Assembly: GCA_028534125.1 (NCBI GenBank) | Contig: CM052817.1 | Coordinates: 18,602,001-18,666,000 of the forward strand | Direction: 5' to 3' | Source of the DNA: Lama glama | Taxonomy: Eukaryota | DNA: 64,000 nt | Position numbers and translations under genes: made by a program | Notes under the pieces: generated by a model | The model's database searches: none | What the model was told of the DNA's origin: nothing | What the model saw: only the letters and a program-made list of their open reading frames with translations | Shown here: positions 50,751 through 63,689 of the stretch, in pieces | How the letters are laid out: each line of letters starts with the position of its first letter | How positions within the stretch are numbered: the first letter of the stretch is position 1

Positions 50751-51091
50751 GCTAACAACTTCAGGTGATAGCAAATGTCATGAAGAAAAAATAACACTCT
50801 CACTCTAATAGATCGTCAGTCTCCTGAGACCATCTCTGTCTTGCTAATTAATGTGTCTTCATTACTTAGCACAATATATGTAAAATAGAAATGCACAAAA
50901 ATACATTTTTAAATAACAGAACAAATATTTGAATTAAATAATGAGAGTTGAAAAGGCACATAAGAGGATCACTCAAATCTCATTCCTTGTCAGGATTTTT
51001 CAGTAAGGATAAGACAACATCCAAGTTACATTCTGAAATTACTCTGATAGGAATTAAAAATTTTTAATCTTCATGATTTGATACAAATAAT

Positions 51092-51552
51092 TGTACTGGA
51101 TTAAATTATGTCACACTTCCCTTGCCAAAATTCACGTCTACTTAGAATCTCAGAATCTGGGTCTTATTTAGAATAGGATTTTTGCGTATGTAATTAAGAT
51201 GAGTTCATCCAGGATTAGGGTGTGGTTTAATCCAATGATTGGTGTACTCATAAGAGGAAAATAGGTCACAGACCCACGCATGGGGGGAAGACAGTGTGAC
51301 GAAACACAACACTGTATGAGGATAGAGGGAGAGATTAGAGAGATGTCTATAAAACAAAGAACACTAAGGACTACTGGCAACAACCAGAAACCAGGGGAGA
51401 GACATGAGACAAATGAATCCCCAAGAAAGAACCAACCCTGCTGACACCATTATTTCAAACTTTTGGTCTCGTGAACTATGAGAAAGTAAATTTCTATTAT
51501 CTCAAGCCATTAAGTTTGTGGTAATTTTTGTTAGTCCTGAGAAACTGATACA
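51092..51552 (+). mobile_element. MLT1C-like MaLR solo LTR
   Basis: TG...CA termini; 'gaaccaaccctgctgacacc...gaactatgagaaagtaaatttc'; TSD ataat/atagt. Confidence 0.88.
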
Positions 51553-51557
51553 ATAGT

Positions 51558-53150
51558 TCATTTATTCCACAAGTCGTTACGAACACCTAACTTGTTACAG
51601 GCACTAGCCTAGCTTATGATGATATAATGGTGTATAAGACAAAGAAAGTACTTCTCTCCATGGAGCATGTATTGTTGGACTGACAGTAAACACATGGGAT
51701 ACCGTGTCAGGGAGTGATGACACCTACAAAGGAGTAAAGCAGAGTATAACTGGGAGTTACTCAAGTGTACTATCTTATGTGAAGTAATCCTAGAACTTTC
51801 TAAGGTAGTGATATTTGATCAGAGACTTCATTGAAGTGGAGAATCAAAAAATGTGAAGATCTGGAATAAAAGTGTTCTAGACCAAGAGAACACAAGTACA
51901 AAAGCCCCAAGGTGTGAACAATCTTGGTGTATTTAAAAATAGCAAGTAGACTAGTGTGTCCATGGTACAATGAACAGGGCAGAGGAGATGATTTAGGTGA
52001 AATAGCACAGTAATGCCCTCTTAAGACTTAGGAATTTTTATTTTATTCTAAGTATAATTGAAAGCCATTGTCGTTTGTTTGGGTACACAGGGCAGAGTAT
52101 ACGTTTTTTAAATTCATGTTTTAAAAATAACACTCTGGCTTCTGTGTGAATAATAAAAAGACAAGTGTGGAAGTAAACTATTGCATTAATTTAGGCAGGA
52201 TATGATGATAGCTTGGCCTAGAATGTTGGCAGTGAAGGTCATGAAAAAAATTCTCTCAGGACAAATGTTGGTGGAGAACTAGAATTTGCTGCTAGGTATG
52301 AAGATACAACATGAAGTAAGAAAGAAAGACCAGGATCAAAGTTGAATCTTAATTATTTGGCCAAAGTAATTAGTAAATGATGATGTGATTTACTGAAATG
52401 TGAAACAAGAAAAACCAAGAGTTTACTGACAAGTTGAGTTTGGAATGTCTATAGCATATTAATGGGAAAGACAAATAGATGGTTGGATATTGGAGTCTGA
52501 ATCTTGGGAGTAGTTTCCATGATACAAGCAGGAGAAGTGGGACACTACTTTCAGGGCAAAGTGATATTTCAGTAAATTAATCATGTTTATATTTTTAACC
52601 TGAGAGATATCACAGCATGTTGTCTGATGATGGAAATAGTCTAGAACATAGGAATAAATTATGATTTAGGAGGTATGGTAAAATTGCAGGGGCACTGTCC
52701 CTGTGGCAAGTGGGAAGGATTCATGTGCAAATGGAAGGCTTGGACTTAGCTAGAAGCAGGGTCAGGTAGACTCACTTCAGCAGAATGGAAGGCAGAATAG
52801 AAGGATTTAGATCTAGGCTGTTTGGTACACTTGATGTTCTAACTTACATAATTTTTTTCTAACTACTTCTATTTTTCTTAGAAACAAGCTTATAATCAGT
52901 AATAGGGGTGAGAGATTAGAGTCCTGAGAAGAAAAAAGTTGTTAAAAATCATGTCAGAGACTAGAGAGTAAAATATGAAATTAACACAAGATGATGTCAT
53001 AGCTGGGCAATGCTGAGGACCTGCTTAGGATCTGTTGTAAATTTAAAGTGAGACCAGTCAGCAGGGTTCTGTAATTTTCTCTAGTTATATACAATTTAGG
53101 CACACGCGAGGAGGCTAGATTAAAGTAATACATTTAAAATCTGCAAAATA
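51558..53150 (-). mobile_element. Long L2 remnant
   Basis: 'ttcatttattccacaag...caggcactagcctag...gtgatatttgatcagagactt...gagaacacaagtacaaaagccccaagg...ctctggcttctgtgtg'. Confidence 0.8.
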
Positions 53151-54109
53151 AATACAAAACAAGGCAACTAATTTGATTTCAAGAATACAGACAAATTTTG
53201 ATTAATCAATAAATGAGGGAAAATGAGACATTACTGAAATTCCTCCTTCAAAATTTGTAAAATAGAAGTTGGTTTACAATGAATATTGTTTTCCTGAGGT
53301 TTGATTCATTGTTTTTTCTTGTTCCTTCTTAATTTAAAATTGTAAAGTATTGGGGCAAAACTGTTGCACAGCATGAAATATTGTTTGTATAATATGCACA
53401 AGGAATATCTACTTCTTCACACAAAAGTAGGCTGTGCTTTTTCTAGAATTGGAAGTCTATAGTTTTTGATAAATCCCTTGATTTAGTTTTTGTTTCCTTG
53501 TTACAATGCAGCAGGAGGATTTATTTATTTTGTTATGCAACAGTGCTATTTACATCACAAATCAAAGTAGGTAAGAAATAACACTTCTATTCCCAGAAAT
53601 AAGCCTTGATCTTATTTTGGTTCAGATCTTTTGGAATTTTTTTCTTTCATATTTTCATACTTATTCTCTAGATGTCTTAAGAAGAAATTTAAATCTGAAG
53701 CCCTAGGACTTAGTAAATATTATAATAAATATTTCTCAATGGAGAGGGAAGTTTATTTTTATTGTTGGATGCATATGCCATCACAAAATGTTAAGAGAAA
53801 TCACATTGTTATGTCTTATCTGTGTACCCTAAATTTTTGTCAGAATTAAATATCAGTTCATTATTGAGGATATCAAAATAGTAGGTTATATGTTTTATGC
53901 CTTTTCTTAAACTAATGGTTTATTTATTTCCTTAATGGCTGTTTTCGACAGGATTGGAATGTCAATGTGAGTTTTTAAAATTCTCTTCTTCATACTTATA
54001 TTTTACTTTATTCCACTCTTCAGTTTTTAATTTTAAAATGAAAATATTAAGTTAATGATTTATTATTTTTTTTCAGTAATGTAGCTAGCTTTTAAAAAGT
54101 TGTTGAAAG

Positions 54110-54830
54110 TTATACTTCTGCTCAGGATGTAGATAATTGCATAAAATAAAAACAACAACAACAACAAAACAAAAAACAAAAACATTGCTCCCACAACAAT
54201 GAGAAAAAGATGGATAATCTACAAAATCAAGTGTTTTCTTGAGTCTTTCAGAAAACTGAAATTGTAAGGAAATCAAAGTACAAAGAGTGACCTTCCCCTC
54301 CAATGAGAGATGGGACCACAAATGATCTTACCTTTGACAGAGCACAGAGAAGGATGTGTCCACCTTGGAAAAGGGTAACAAGAAATCAACTAAAAGTTTT
54401 AATGAACTCTTAAACACCAAGTGTGGGTTAGTTTTCATTTTGAATAGCAGAAGGGAAGCTCATAATTACTTTTAGGCTTATCCCCCATAGACCTCCTCTG
54501 GGAAACCACATTAAAGATTAAGGACAGCAGAGAGAGCTCTTCTTCATAGAGCAGGCATGAAAGAAGTAATTGGTGCCTGAGAGAGGAGGGGTGCAGACAA
54601 AGAGGCCCACCTGCTTCCAGATCCCTTCCTTCTATAAAATAAAAACTGCAAGCCACTGGGGAAGGAATAGAAATCTATTTTCCTCTGTCTGCCTGCTTCT
54701 GGAAAAGGGATAGAAGACTGTATCCCAAGACACCAAAATCCATTGTCGCTGGGGAAAAGTTAGAAGCCAAAAAACAAAACAAAGAAATCTAACCCTGAGG
54801 GAGAGTCAGGAAGCTGTAATTTCTACAGTG
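54110..54830 (+). mobile_element. Old L1M 5' region
   Basis: 'acttctgctcaggatgtaga...aacaatgagaaaaagatggataatctacaaaatc'; abuts the ORF2 remnant. Confidence 0.55.
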
Positions 54831-56365
54831 ATACCATGTAGAAATCTGTATACACAGATAGAATCTCAATAGGTGAAGAAAAATAATTGGATAAGATCTA
54901 ACATCTATGTGTGATAAAAACTGTTAGCAAACTAGAAATCGAAGAAAATGTCTTCAACTTGGTAAATGACATCCATGAAGAACAACTAGTTAATATACTT
55001 AATAGTGAAAGAATGATTAACTGCTTCCCCGCTTGGATGGGAAACAAGGTAGAGATTTTTGCTCTTGGAACTCCAGTATTGAACTGGAGGTCTTGGATGA
55101 TAAAATAATGCAAGATAAAGAGTAAAAGGCATACAGAATATAAAAGAAGAAACGAAATGAGTTTTATTCACTGATGGCATGATTTCTGAATAGGAAGTCC
55201 CAAAGAATGTATAAATAAACTGCAGAACTTGTAAGTGGTTTTGTCGTAGTCTCAGGATATAAGGTCAACATACAGAAATCCATTGTGTTTCTGTAAACTA
55301 CTGGAAATGAAGAAGTAGAAATTAAAATTATAAAATCAGTGCCAATTACAACAGCATTAAAACTGTGAAGTACTTAGGGATACATTGAACACATTACATG
55401 GTAATAACTGCATGCTAAAAACTGGAAAACATTGTTGGTAAAAATCAAAGGAGACACAAAAGTTGAATAGGTATAACATGCTCATGTTTCAAAAGACTGT
55501 TATGACACTGATCCTTCTAAAATATATCTACCTATTAAACAGAATGTCAATCGAAATTCCAGCAGGCTTTTTAAAAATAGAAATTGACAAGCTTATTTTA
55601 CAATTTATATATTAGTGCAAAATACTTAAAACAACTAAATTTTGAAAAATAAATACAATTGGAAGACACACTACTTGATTTTCAAGGCTTAGAAAGGTTC
55701 AGTAATTAAAATAATGTATTATTGGAAAAAGGGCAGGTAATGTAGATCAGTGTAACAAATAGAATAGATTCCAGACATAGAATCATACATATATGGTTAG
55801 TTAATTGATTTTTGACCAAGTTGTCAAGATAATTCAATAGAAAAAAGATCTTCAACAAATGAACAATTGGACATCCATTTGTAAAATATGAACTTTGACC
55901 CATCAAAAATAAGCTCAAAATGAACCACAGATTTAAATGTAAAACCTAAAACTATGAAAACTATAAAACTTTTAAAAAAGTGTAGGAGAAAGACTTTTGT
56001 GACTAAGCAAGAGTTTACACATAAAATTTTAAACTTTACTAAAAACAGCTATAAAAGAAAATAATAGAACTTCATGAAAATTAAGAACTTCCATTCATTG
56101 GACAATAATGCAAAGATTATAAACAAACCACTGATACAGATACTTACTTTTGCAAAACAAACACATATTGGATCAAATACTTTTGTTCAGAATACATAAG
56201 AAATTCTTATAAATCAGTAACAGAACAAAGACATCAATACAAACTAGATTTGAATACACAGTTCACTAGAAAATATATATGGGTAGCATGCAGGCACTTG
56301 CAAATATGCTCAAGAATGGTATCCATTGGGGAACTGGAAATTAAAACCAGCCTGATGTTAGTGTC

Positions 56366-56771
56366 TGTTATGGGCTGAGTTGTGCCTCCTTCATAATTCA
56401 CGTGTTAAAAGCTATAACCTCTAATACTCAAAGTGTGATTGTATTTGGAGCTAGGGCCTTTAAAGAGCTGATTAAGTTAAAATAAAGTTAAAATGAGGCT
56501 GTTAGATTGGGTCCTAATATAATCTTACAGGTGTCCTTATAAGAAGAGGACATTTGGACATGCAAAGAGACACCTGGGGTGTGCATGCTGCAGAGGAGGT
56601 CACAACAAGAAGGCAGCCACCTGTAAGCCAAGGAGAGAGGCCTCATAAGAAAACAAACCTGCTGATACTTTACTCGGACTCTCAGCCTTCAGAACCATGA
56701 GAAGATACATTTCTGTTGTTTAAGCGAGCCAGACTCACATTTTGTTATGGCAGCTCTAGGAAACTAACACA
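56366..56771 (+). mobile_element. MLT1B-like MaLR solo LTR inserted in L1
   Basis: 'tgttatgggctgagttgtg...atttctgttgtttaagc...tttgttatggcagctctaggaaactaacaca'. Confidence 0.9.
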
Positions 56772-57397
56772 GTTTACATCTATTAGAATAGTTAATGTTA
56801 GAAAAATGACAAAGCCAAGCTTTTACAAGGATGTAGAGCAAACTGGGACCCACATACATTGTTGGTGAGAAAACAAGATGGTACAATCAACTTGGAAACC
56901 AGTTTGTCAGTATCTTATTAAGTGTGCAATTTATGACTCAACAATCCCATTTCTAGGTATTTATTCAATAGAAATAAAAATACATGACTGCACAAACACC
57001 TATACCTGAATTTTTATTGCAACTTTATTTATAATGGTCCAAAACCAGAAATAATTTAAATGTCTGCTGGTGAAGAGATAAAATTGTGCTGTATCTGTAC
57101 AATGGAGTATGATTGAGCAATCAAAAGATACGAACTACTGATAAATGAAGTAACATGGACAAATCTTAAAAGTATTATTTCAAGTAAAAGAAGCCTGACA
57201 GGAAAGACTATGTACTGCATGATTTTGTTTGTAAAACATTCTTGAAAAGCAGCAGTAGAGTTAGAAATAGAATAGGTGTTTTCAGTTGCTTGGGTTGGGT
57301 TGAGGATATTGACTACAAAGGAGTACAAGGGAAATTTTGCATATGTGGTGAAAACATCCTGTATTTTGATTGTGGTGGTGATTAAAACTGAATACAC

Positions 57398-58033
57398 AGT
57401 TGCCATATGATCCAACAATCTCACTCCTGGGCCTATATCTGGAGAAAACTGTAATTCAAAAAGATACACGCACTTCAGTGTTCATAGCAGCACTATTTAC
57501 AATAGGCAAGACATGCAAGCAACCTAAATGTCCATCGACAGATGACTGGATAAAGATGATGTGGTATGTATGTACAATGGAATATTACTCATCCATAAAA
57601 ATGTGAAATAATGCCATTTGCAGCAACATGGATGGACCTAGAGATAATCACACTAAGTGAAGTAAGTCAAAGACAAATATCATATATCACTTATATATAG
57701 AATCTAAAAGATGGTACAAGTGAACTTATTTACAAAACAGAAACAGACTTACAGGCATAGAAAACAAATTTTACCAAAGGAGTTACCAAAGGGGAAAGGG
57801 AGAGGGGACGGATAAATTAGAAATCTGGGATTAGCAGATAGAAACTACTGTATATAAAATAGATAACAAGGACCCACTGTATAGGACAGGGAACTATATT
57901 CAACATCTTGTAATAAACCATAAGGGAAAAGAATATGAAAAAGAATATATGTATATATATCTCAATCACTTTGCTGTGCACCAGAAACTAACACAATATT
58001 GTAAATCAACTATACTTCAAAAAATTTTTTAAA
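57398..58033 (+). mobile_element. Young 5'-truncated L1 3' end inserted in an older L1 3'UTR
   Basis: ORF 57400-57606 'PYDPTISLLGLY...VFIAALFTIGKTCKQPKCPSTDDWIKMMWY'; degenerate TSD taaaactgaatacac (57383-57397) / taaacactgtacatac (58034-58049). Confidence 0.92.
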
Positions 58034-58344
58034 TAAACACTGTACATACTTTTTAACACTCCTAAAACTGTTCATCTGAAAAAGAGTAATTTTAGCTGTA
58101 TATAAATTATACCTCAATCAACTTGATATTTAAAAAAAGGCAAAATATAAAGAATAAAATGAGCCAAAGGCCAACCATGAACTTTGACACATTGAATAAA
58201 GCAATGGCTTAACAAGAACCAATGCAGTGATAGTATTAAAAAATGGTTGTGTACTTACCAACATTCAAGTAATATATATTACATAATATAAATTATATAA
58301 TATATAATTATATTACATAAATAATTTAACCTAAGCCTTCATTA

Positions 58345-58580
58345 AGAACCTCATAGAATATAGAAAAATGTGAGTTAATTAGAGCCCTTGCCTTATAACC
58401 ATCTATTGATGGAAGTATTCATGACTACAAATAGCTACATCAACAGATGCCATGTTTGGATTATTCTTTGAGTGCAGTAAGTCGCCAAGGATAGAGTAAT
58501 TAGTTCTGATTGAAGATACTGAGGAGGGCTTCAATGCAGAGGTGACATTTGAGTTAAACTCTGCAATTTTCCATTGTTTA
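58345..58580 (-). mobile_element. L2 remnant
   Basis: 'ctgaggagggcttcaatgcagaggtgacatttgagttaaactctg'. Confidence 0.55.
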
Positions 58581-59139
58581 CCAATCTTTTGATAGCTGTA
58601 AAAAAAAAATATATATATATTTTTGTTGTTGTTGTTGTTGTATAATGCAGAATCCCAAAATATCTCCATATGGTTTCATACATATATAAGGTGTTTAGAG
58701 ATGATAAGTGCATTTGCAGTACACTTGTGGGTATCATTAAACCCTGTCTTTTCTAAAGGTCATATTGTTCCTATAATAACAAGTGCATTTCAAAGTGAAC
58801 ATCAACACTGGATTCACTCAACTAGTGCTCCAAAGACTCTGGGTTGACACATTAGCATCAATAGATTCTGCTAAAAAGATGTTAATCTGTATTTTTTTCC
58901 TAAGCCTCTATCTATCCATCTATTCTTTTATATAAGAACATACTCAACAGAAGTTACCCCAACTACGTTGTTACATAGATTAATGAGCATGAAAAGCATA
59001 CTTGTTTCCTCATGTATTAGGCAGGCACAGTGGTTTTTTCATTCATGTTATCTGCACTCCATTATGTCACTTATTAATTAATTTAATACATAGTTAGAGC
59101 CTACTAGGGGTGTATGTGTTTGTGTATATACATATATAT

Positions 59140-59225
59140 CCTTACAATTGCCTTTTGAGGTAGGTATTATGAATTACATTTTATAGATGAAAAAACAGAC
59201 TCAGGTAGCTTACATCATTACTGTG
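59140..59225 (-). mobile_element. MIR core
   Basis: 'tgaggtaggtattatgaattacattttatagatgaaaaaacagactcag'. Confidence 0.7.
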
Positions 59226-59439
59226 ATTCCATCAATAGAGAAGTTCTTTTGATCAAAGATGCAGTATATGTTTCTCTCATATTGGCAATTGCTCCACTGA
59301 GTGTGATTTCTGACACTTGAAGATTTGTCTTGTTTTTAGCTAGACACAAATCTATTTTGGCTAGGGTCTCAAGGTTCAGTATGAACACCTGCTATAAATA
59401 CAGTTACCATGAAATTGGGAGAAGCATTTGACCATTAGC

Positions 59440-59750
59440 TTTTCAATGTGAGAAAAAGTTCGGGGGAAAATTCAGTCCTGAACTTGTTAGTTATTAAAAG
59501 AAGTGTTCTCCAGGGATCAATGCTAGGGCTCTGCCGACTTAACTGTCTTTCAATATAGAAGTTCTGGAAGAAAGGGCCCTTAATGAGATGATCAAGTTTG
59601 CAGATGAAAGTATCGCCTCCTGGGTTGAGAAGTGCCAAGCTAATGGGAATAAACTTCAGCAGTTCCTCACGAGGCTGTGTGAATGCTCAGAGCTGGGGTA
59701 GATGAACTTGAGAGCAGGGAAGCATAAAGTTTTACTTTTAGTCAAAAATA
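59440..59750 (+). mobile_element. CR1/L3 LINE reverse-transcriptase relic
   Basis: Frame from 59499 reads RSVLQGSMLG (GVPQGSVLG motif); after a frameshift, from 59594 reads KFADESIASWVEKCQANGNKLQQFLTRLCECSELG*MNLRAGKHKVLLLVKN, matching the CR1 pattern KFADD...LQxDLxRLxEWAxKWQMxFNxGKCKVMHLGKN. Confidence 0.85.
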
Positions 59751-60799
59751 CTTTAGACCAAACAGATGAAATTAAGACCTCTAAGTGGTAGATATGAGCC
59801 AGGAAAAGATCTTTTTATTTGCTATTGGCCCGGAATATTTTCTCTGAATAAAAGAATAACCCTCTTGAGTATATCCTTAGGGAAAAAAAAAAGAAAATGA
59901 ACTTGCTTGTTGCTCTTGACTTCTGCATGCATTTTGGGTTTTGCAATTCAAGAAAGGGAGCCTTGCTGAAGGCATCTGAAATAATCAAGGATTTAGAATG
60001 ATTTGTTTACTATAGGAGTAGTTAAATTTAACGTAGGTTGTAGAGGCACTATTTTAGTCTAATAATAAAGAAGTGTGAAAGTACCATCATCCTAGTAAAA
60101 TTTAGCTCCTTAATTTTGAATTAAAGCCAGATTTTTTAACTTGTGAATTTTATGTTTAAGAAAAATTTGGAAGGAAACAAATAACTTACTCCAAGCATCT
60201 TCTATCAGCAAAAGAACCCGTGCAGTGGGAAAAGGGTATTCATCCGACCCAGACCTTTCACCTTGTTCTCACTTAACTCTTTCAAAACTCCGTAGGGATG
60301 CAGAGATTTTTATTCCCTTTTGGGAGTTTATGATATTAACTTCCAAAGAGGTTAGTTGGATTTCTACTCATCAAATAAGTAGCCAGGGATATAGCAGAGA
60401 TTTAGACTCCCTTCTCCTGTTTCCAAATCCAGCATTTGTACTTCTGCACCCTGGACGCTGTATTAAGTACAGAGAAAATGGGGGAATTTCCAAAGCAAAG
60501 CTTATTCATTCAGCAGTCACACCTGGACTTGCAACGAAAACTATGGGTTATTTAGATAAGAGAAAGGACAGAGTCTCACATATTTTTAATCCATACTTTT
60601 ATCACTGTGTTGATGAGAAAAGCTTTCTAATTCAAAGATAAATATCCTTTAAATATTATTAGACAATGTATATACCTAATTAAATAGTACTACTTATAAT
60701 ATTTACTGATCTATAAAATGCTTCAAATAGATTATTTTTTTAAATGTTCACAGTAATCCTACAAAGGAAATATTTTTATTAAGCAAGCAGCTGGCATAA

Positions 60800-61100
60800 T
60801 TTTTGACTGTCACAGCTTTCTCTCTAATATCTCTCAGTCTTTATTCTTTTTGCACCCCCAATACTAACATGCTGTTTAAGACTTATCTCTGAACTGCTTT
60901 CCTATACATATAGCACAGTTCCTGCCTGCAGTCATGCCCCATCCAACCTTCCTCCACATTCTGTTCAATTTTCTAAAATGCAGCTCCACACTTCCTAGAA
61001 TACCCACTACCAATGCTGTTAAGCAGTATTCTTTATTGTGGCCTCTCCTGCTTTGCTCATTCGTGTCTTAATGGAGTCAGTGAATATATATTATTCTTTC
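60800..61100 (+). mobile_element. L2 remnant
   Basis: 'cccatccaaccttcctccacattctgttcaattttctaaaatgcagctc'. Confidence 0.45.
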
Positions 61101-61779
61101 AATTAGACTGACTGGGAAGGGAAAGATAACTTTAGGTTGACAGGTACATAGGACTAATAAAACACATTTTTGTATTTCCTGTTGTGGATTCAGGGTTAAG
61201 AATCAATGGAAAGAAGGAAAAGGATGAAAATAATTTGAGGAATGAAGTCTTAGAGGACCCATATGAAGGACAGAGGTACTAATGTCAATAGATTATGTGT
61301 AGATGCAGGTAAATTTAGATGGGATTGAGTGTGCACACGCACACGTGTGAGTTTACATAGGGACACATGCAACTTGGAGTGGAGGAAGGACTGTAAAGTT
61401 TTCTGCCTGGTGAACAGACTAAATAAAATATAAACATAGAAGATGATTGGACATTTCATTTCAGCAATCCCCTGATCAGTATGGTCTTTACAAGCAGTAG
61501 TTCAAATTGGAAAAAAAAAGTTGCCTCAAACATTTGAATTATTTCACTATTTGTTTTCAGTGTTGTGTGGTTGATCCATCGTTCTGTTAACTAGTATGCA
61601 TGTATGTGTGTGTAGTGCAAAACAGAAACCAGAAATTTTATTTTGTGTATCTACGTTTATGTTCTTCATCAACAAATTGTTTTCCAAGGATTTAGCCCAT
61701 GATGATGAAACTTCTGGATTTATTTTTAGTCATAATTTTTTCCAGAACATGTAGTACATCTCCAAGTCATTTTGTCAAT

Positions 61780-63660
61780 TATATTTTTCCTTTTTATTCT
61801 TTTAAAATGTAATTTTCTTTTTCACATCATGTATGTACTTTCAAAAGTCAAATAATTTTACAAAGTCGCTAATGAAATAAAATTAATGTTAGTTTTCACT
61901 TATTCTCAAGCCTAATTTGTTTTTTTCAGGCAACTCTACTTTTGGTTTTAATTTTTAGTATTTTCCTCCATATCTCTAATATTTCTTTATATTTATTATA
62001 TTTCTTTAAAACATATTATTTATTGCTCTCTTAATGAAGAACCTTTATCACTTATAATGCACCTCATACCTGTGCGAGTGCGCACGCACATATTTCATAT
62101 GCAAATCCAACCATCCTCCTAATTTTATTACATCATAATTTTTGTTAAATCAGTCTTCAGAATCTACATCATTATGGGTATCTAATATTATTCATTGCTG
62201 AGGCATGTAATTTTGTTTCTCTTCAGTTAATCATTTTTATTTGTTTAATTAAAAAATAATTTTCTTTTTTAAAGTCATAACCAAACTTTATAGGTAAAAT
62301 TTTACTCTCAATTTGTTGAACTACTTTGAGGGATCTGTCAGTGTCATCCTCCTTAACATGACCCTCTATTATCTTGCTTAACATGGACTTGTTTTACCTT
62401 AGACTTAATTTGTAATTTTCATATTCTTACACTTACCATGACAGTGGAGATTTTCTTTGCCTATTCTCTGTGATAAATCATTTACTTCCTGGATCCAGAT
62501 TCTTCCTCTTTCTTGATAAAGTTTTCTGTTGAGATGGAGCACTTTTGGGAAGTTCCTGAGAAAGAAAGTGTGGATGTGAACTTTTAAGACCATGTGCGAT
62601 GGGGCTGGGGGAGGATACTGCCCCTCCCTGTGGTTTTTGGTGATTCACTATAAGGGTTCATAGGATGCAGAGGCAGCTGTTTTTGCAGTTATGGTTTATT
62701 CCCCTGAAAGGGTACACAGCAGTCTCTGTGAGGGGCAGGAAGAAGAGGCATCAGGTAACGCCCTAAAGGGGTCCAAGAGCAGACTTCACAGTTCTCCCTC
62801 ACAGAATGACGGGAAGGGAGGTCTCGCGCTAAATATGCTTCTTCCTCCAGCACGGAAATGTGCAACACGCATCCAGTGTTTTTGCCTAAGGAAACCTGCT
62901 TAAAATTTTGAGTCCAGAGATTTAATTGAAGGCTGGTCATGTTGGCAGTCTTTGCTTGAGCAGTCAGTCACTATTACCAAAATTCTAGGTTTGAAGATGT
63001 AAAGTGGTTGCACACCATAAATCACATTTGTTCGCACAAACAATATAGAAGACTAGTATAACAGAATTCTGTGACCCAGTCACACAAAACAAACGGTCAG
63101 TATGGAGTAGGAAATGTTCCACAGGCCAAGTCCTTAGGAACCTCCCTGAGGGTCAGTCTCAAGCAGGGCTTGCTGGAGATGACAATGTCAGGCCGGTGAT
63201 ATTAACTCTTTCCTGCAGAACATGAATACATATCCAACAACATCCTTTTTCCACTTCCGTACTTTACAGACATATTGTCTGGGCACTCAAAGTACTAGAT
63301 ATTTATTTCCTTGTGGAACTTGGAAGGCATGTGTCTATTCTAGCGTTGCAGTTGGGAAACCTTGTGCCATCCTTACTCCTAACGCTTTGTGTGTTACCTG
63401 CTTTATTTGTTTGTTTATTTTCCTGTCTGGGAGCTTTAGGTTTTTCTCTGTAACCTCCATATTCTAAAATTCCAGAAGATATGGCTTTGTTTCAAGAATT
63501 TTAAAGATTATTTTTGCTGGACAACTAGTAGCTTCAAACTGAAAGTTGTGTCCTTTAATTTTGGGAAATAGTTTGTGTTGATTTAAGAAATGTTTTCCCC
63601 TCTATTTTTTCTCTTTTCTCATTCAGAAATCCTGTGATTCAGATCTTGTACTTTAAGGGT
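61780..63660 (-). mobile_element. Very old antisense L1/HAL1-like remnant, interrupted at 62595-63219
   Basis: T-rich; 'tggagcacttttgggaagttcctgagaaag', 'gcttttaggttttttctctgtaacctccatattctaaaattcc'. Confidence 0.55.
62595..63219 (-). mobile_element. MER21/MER77-like (ERVL) LTR
   Basis: 'ttggtgattcactataagggttcatagg...atggtttatt...gagtccagagatttaattgaaggctggtcatgttggc...ttaactctttcctgcaga'; 5-bp TSD ccatg/acatg. Confidence 0.75.
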
Positions 63661-63689
63661 TGGTTATGGCATAAATATACGGAAAATTC

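Larger units (their letters stand above)
54830..58140 (+). mobile_element. Old L1 (L1MB/MC-like) ORF2 RT-to-end and 3'UTR, with nested MLT1 and young L1
   Basis: 'MIKTVSKLEIEENVFNLVNDIHE' (ORF 54911-55108); 'ttattcactgatggcatgatt' (FADD equivalent); ends 'aaattatacctcaatcaacttgatatttaaaaaa'. Confidence 0.88.

Noticed and set aside
57056..57606. 137-aa and 68-aa ORFs
   Set aside because: L1-derived and truncated; not host genes
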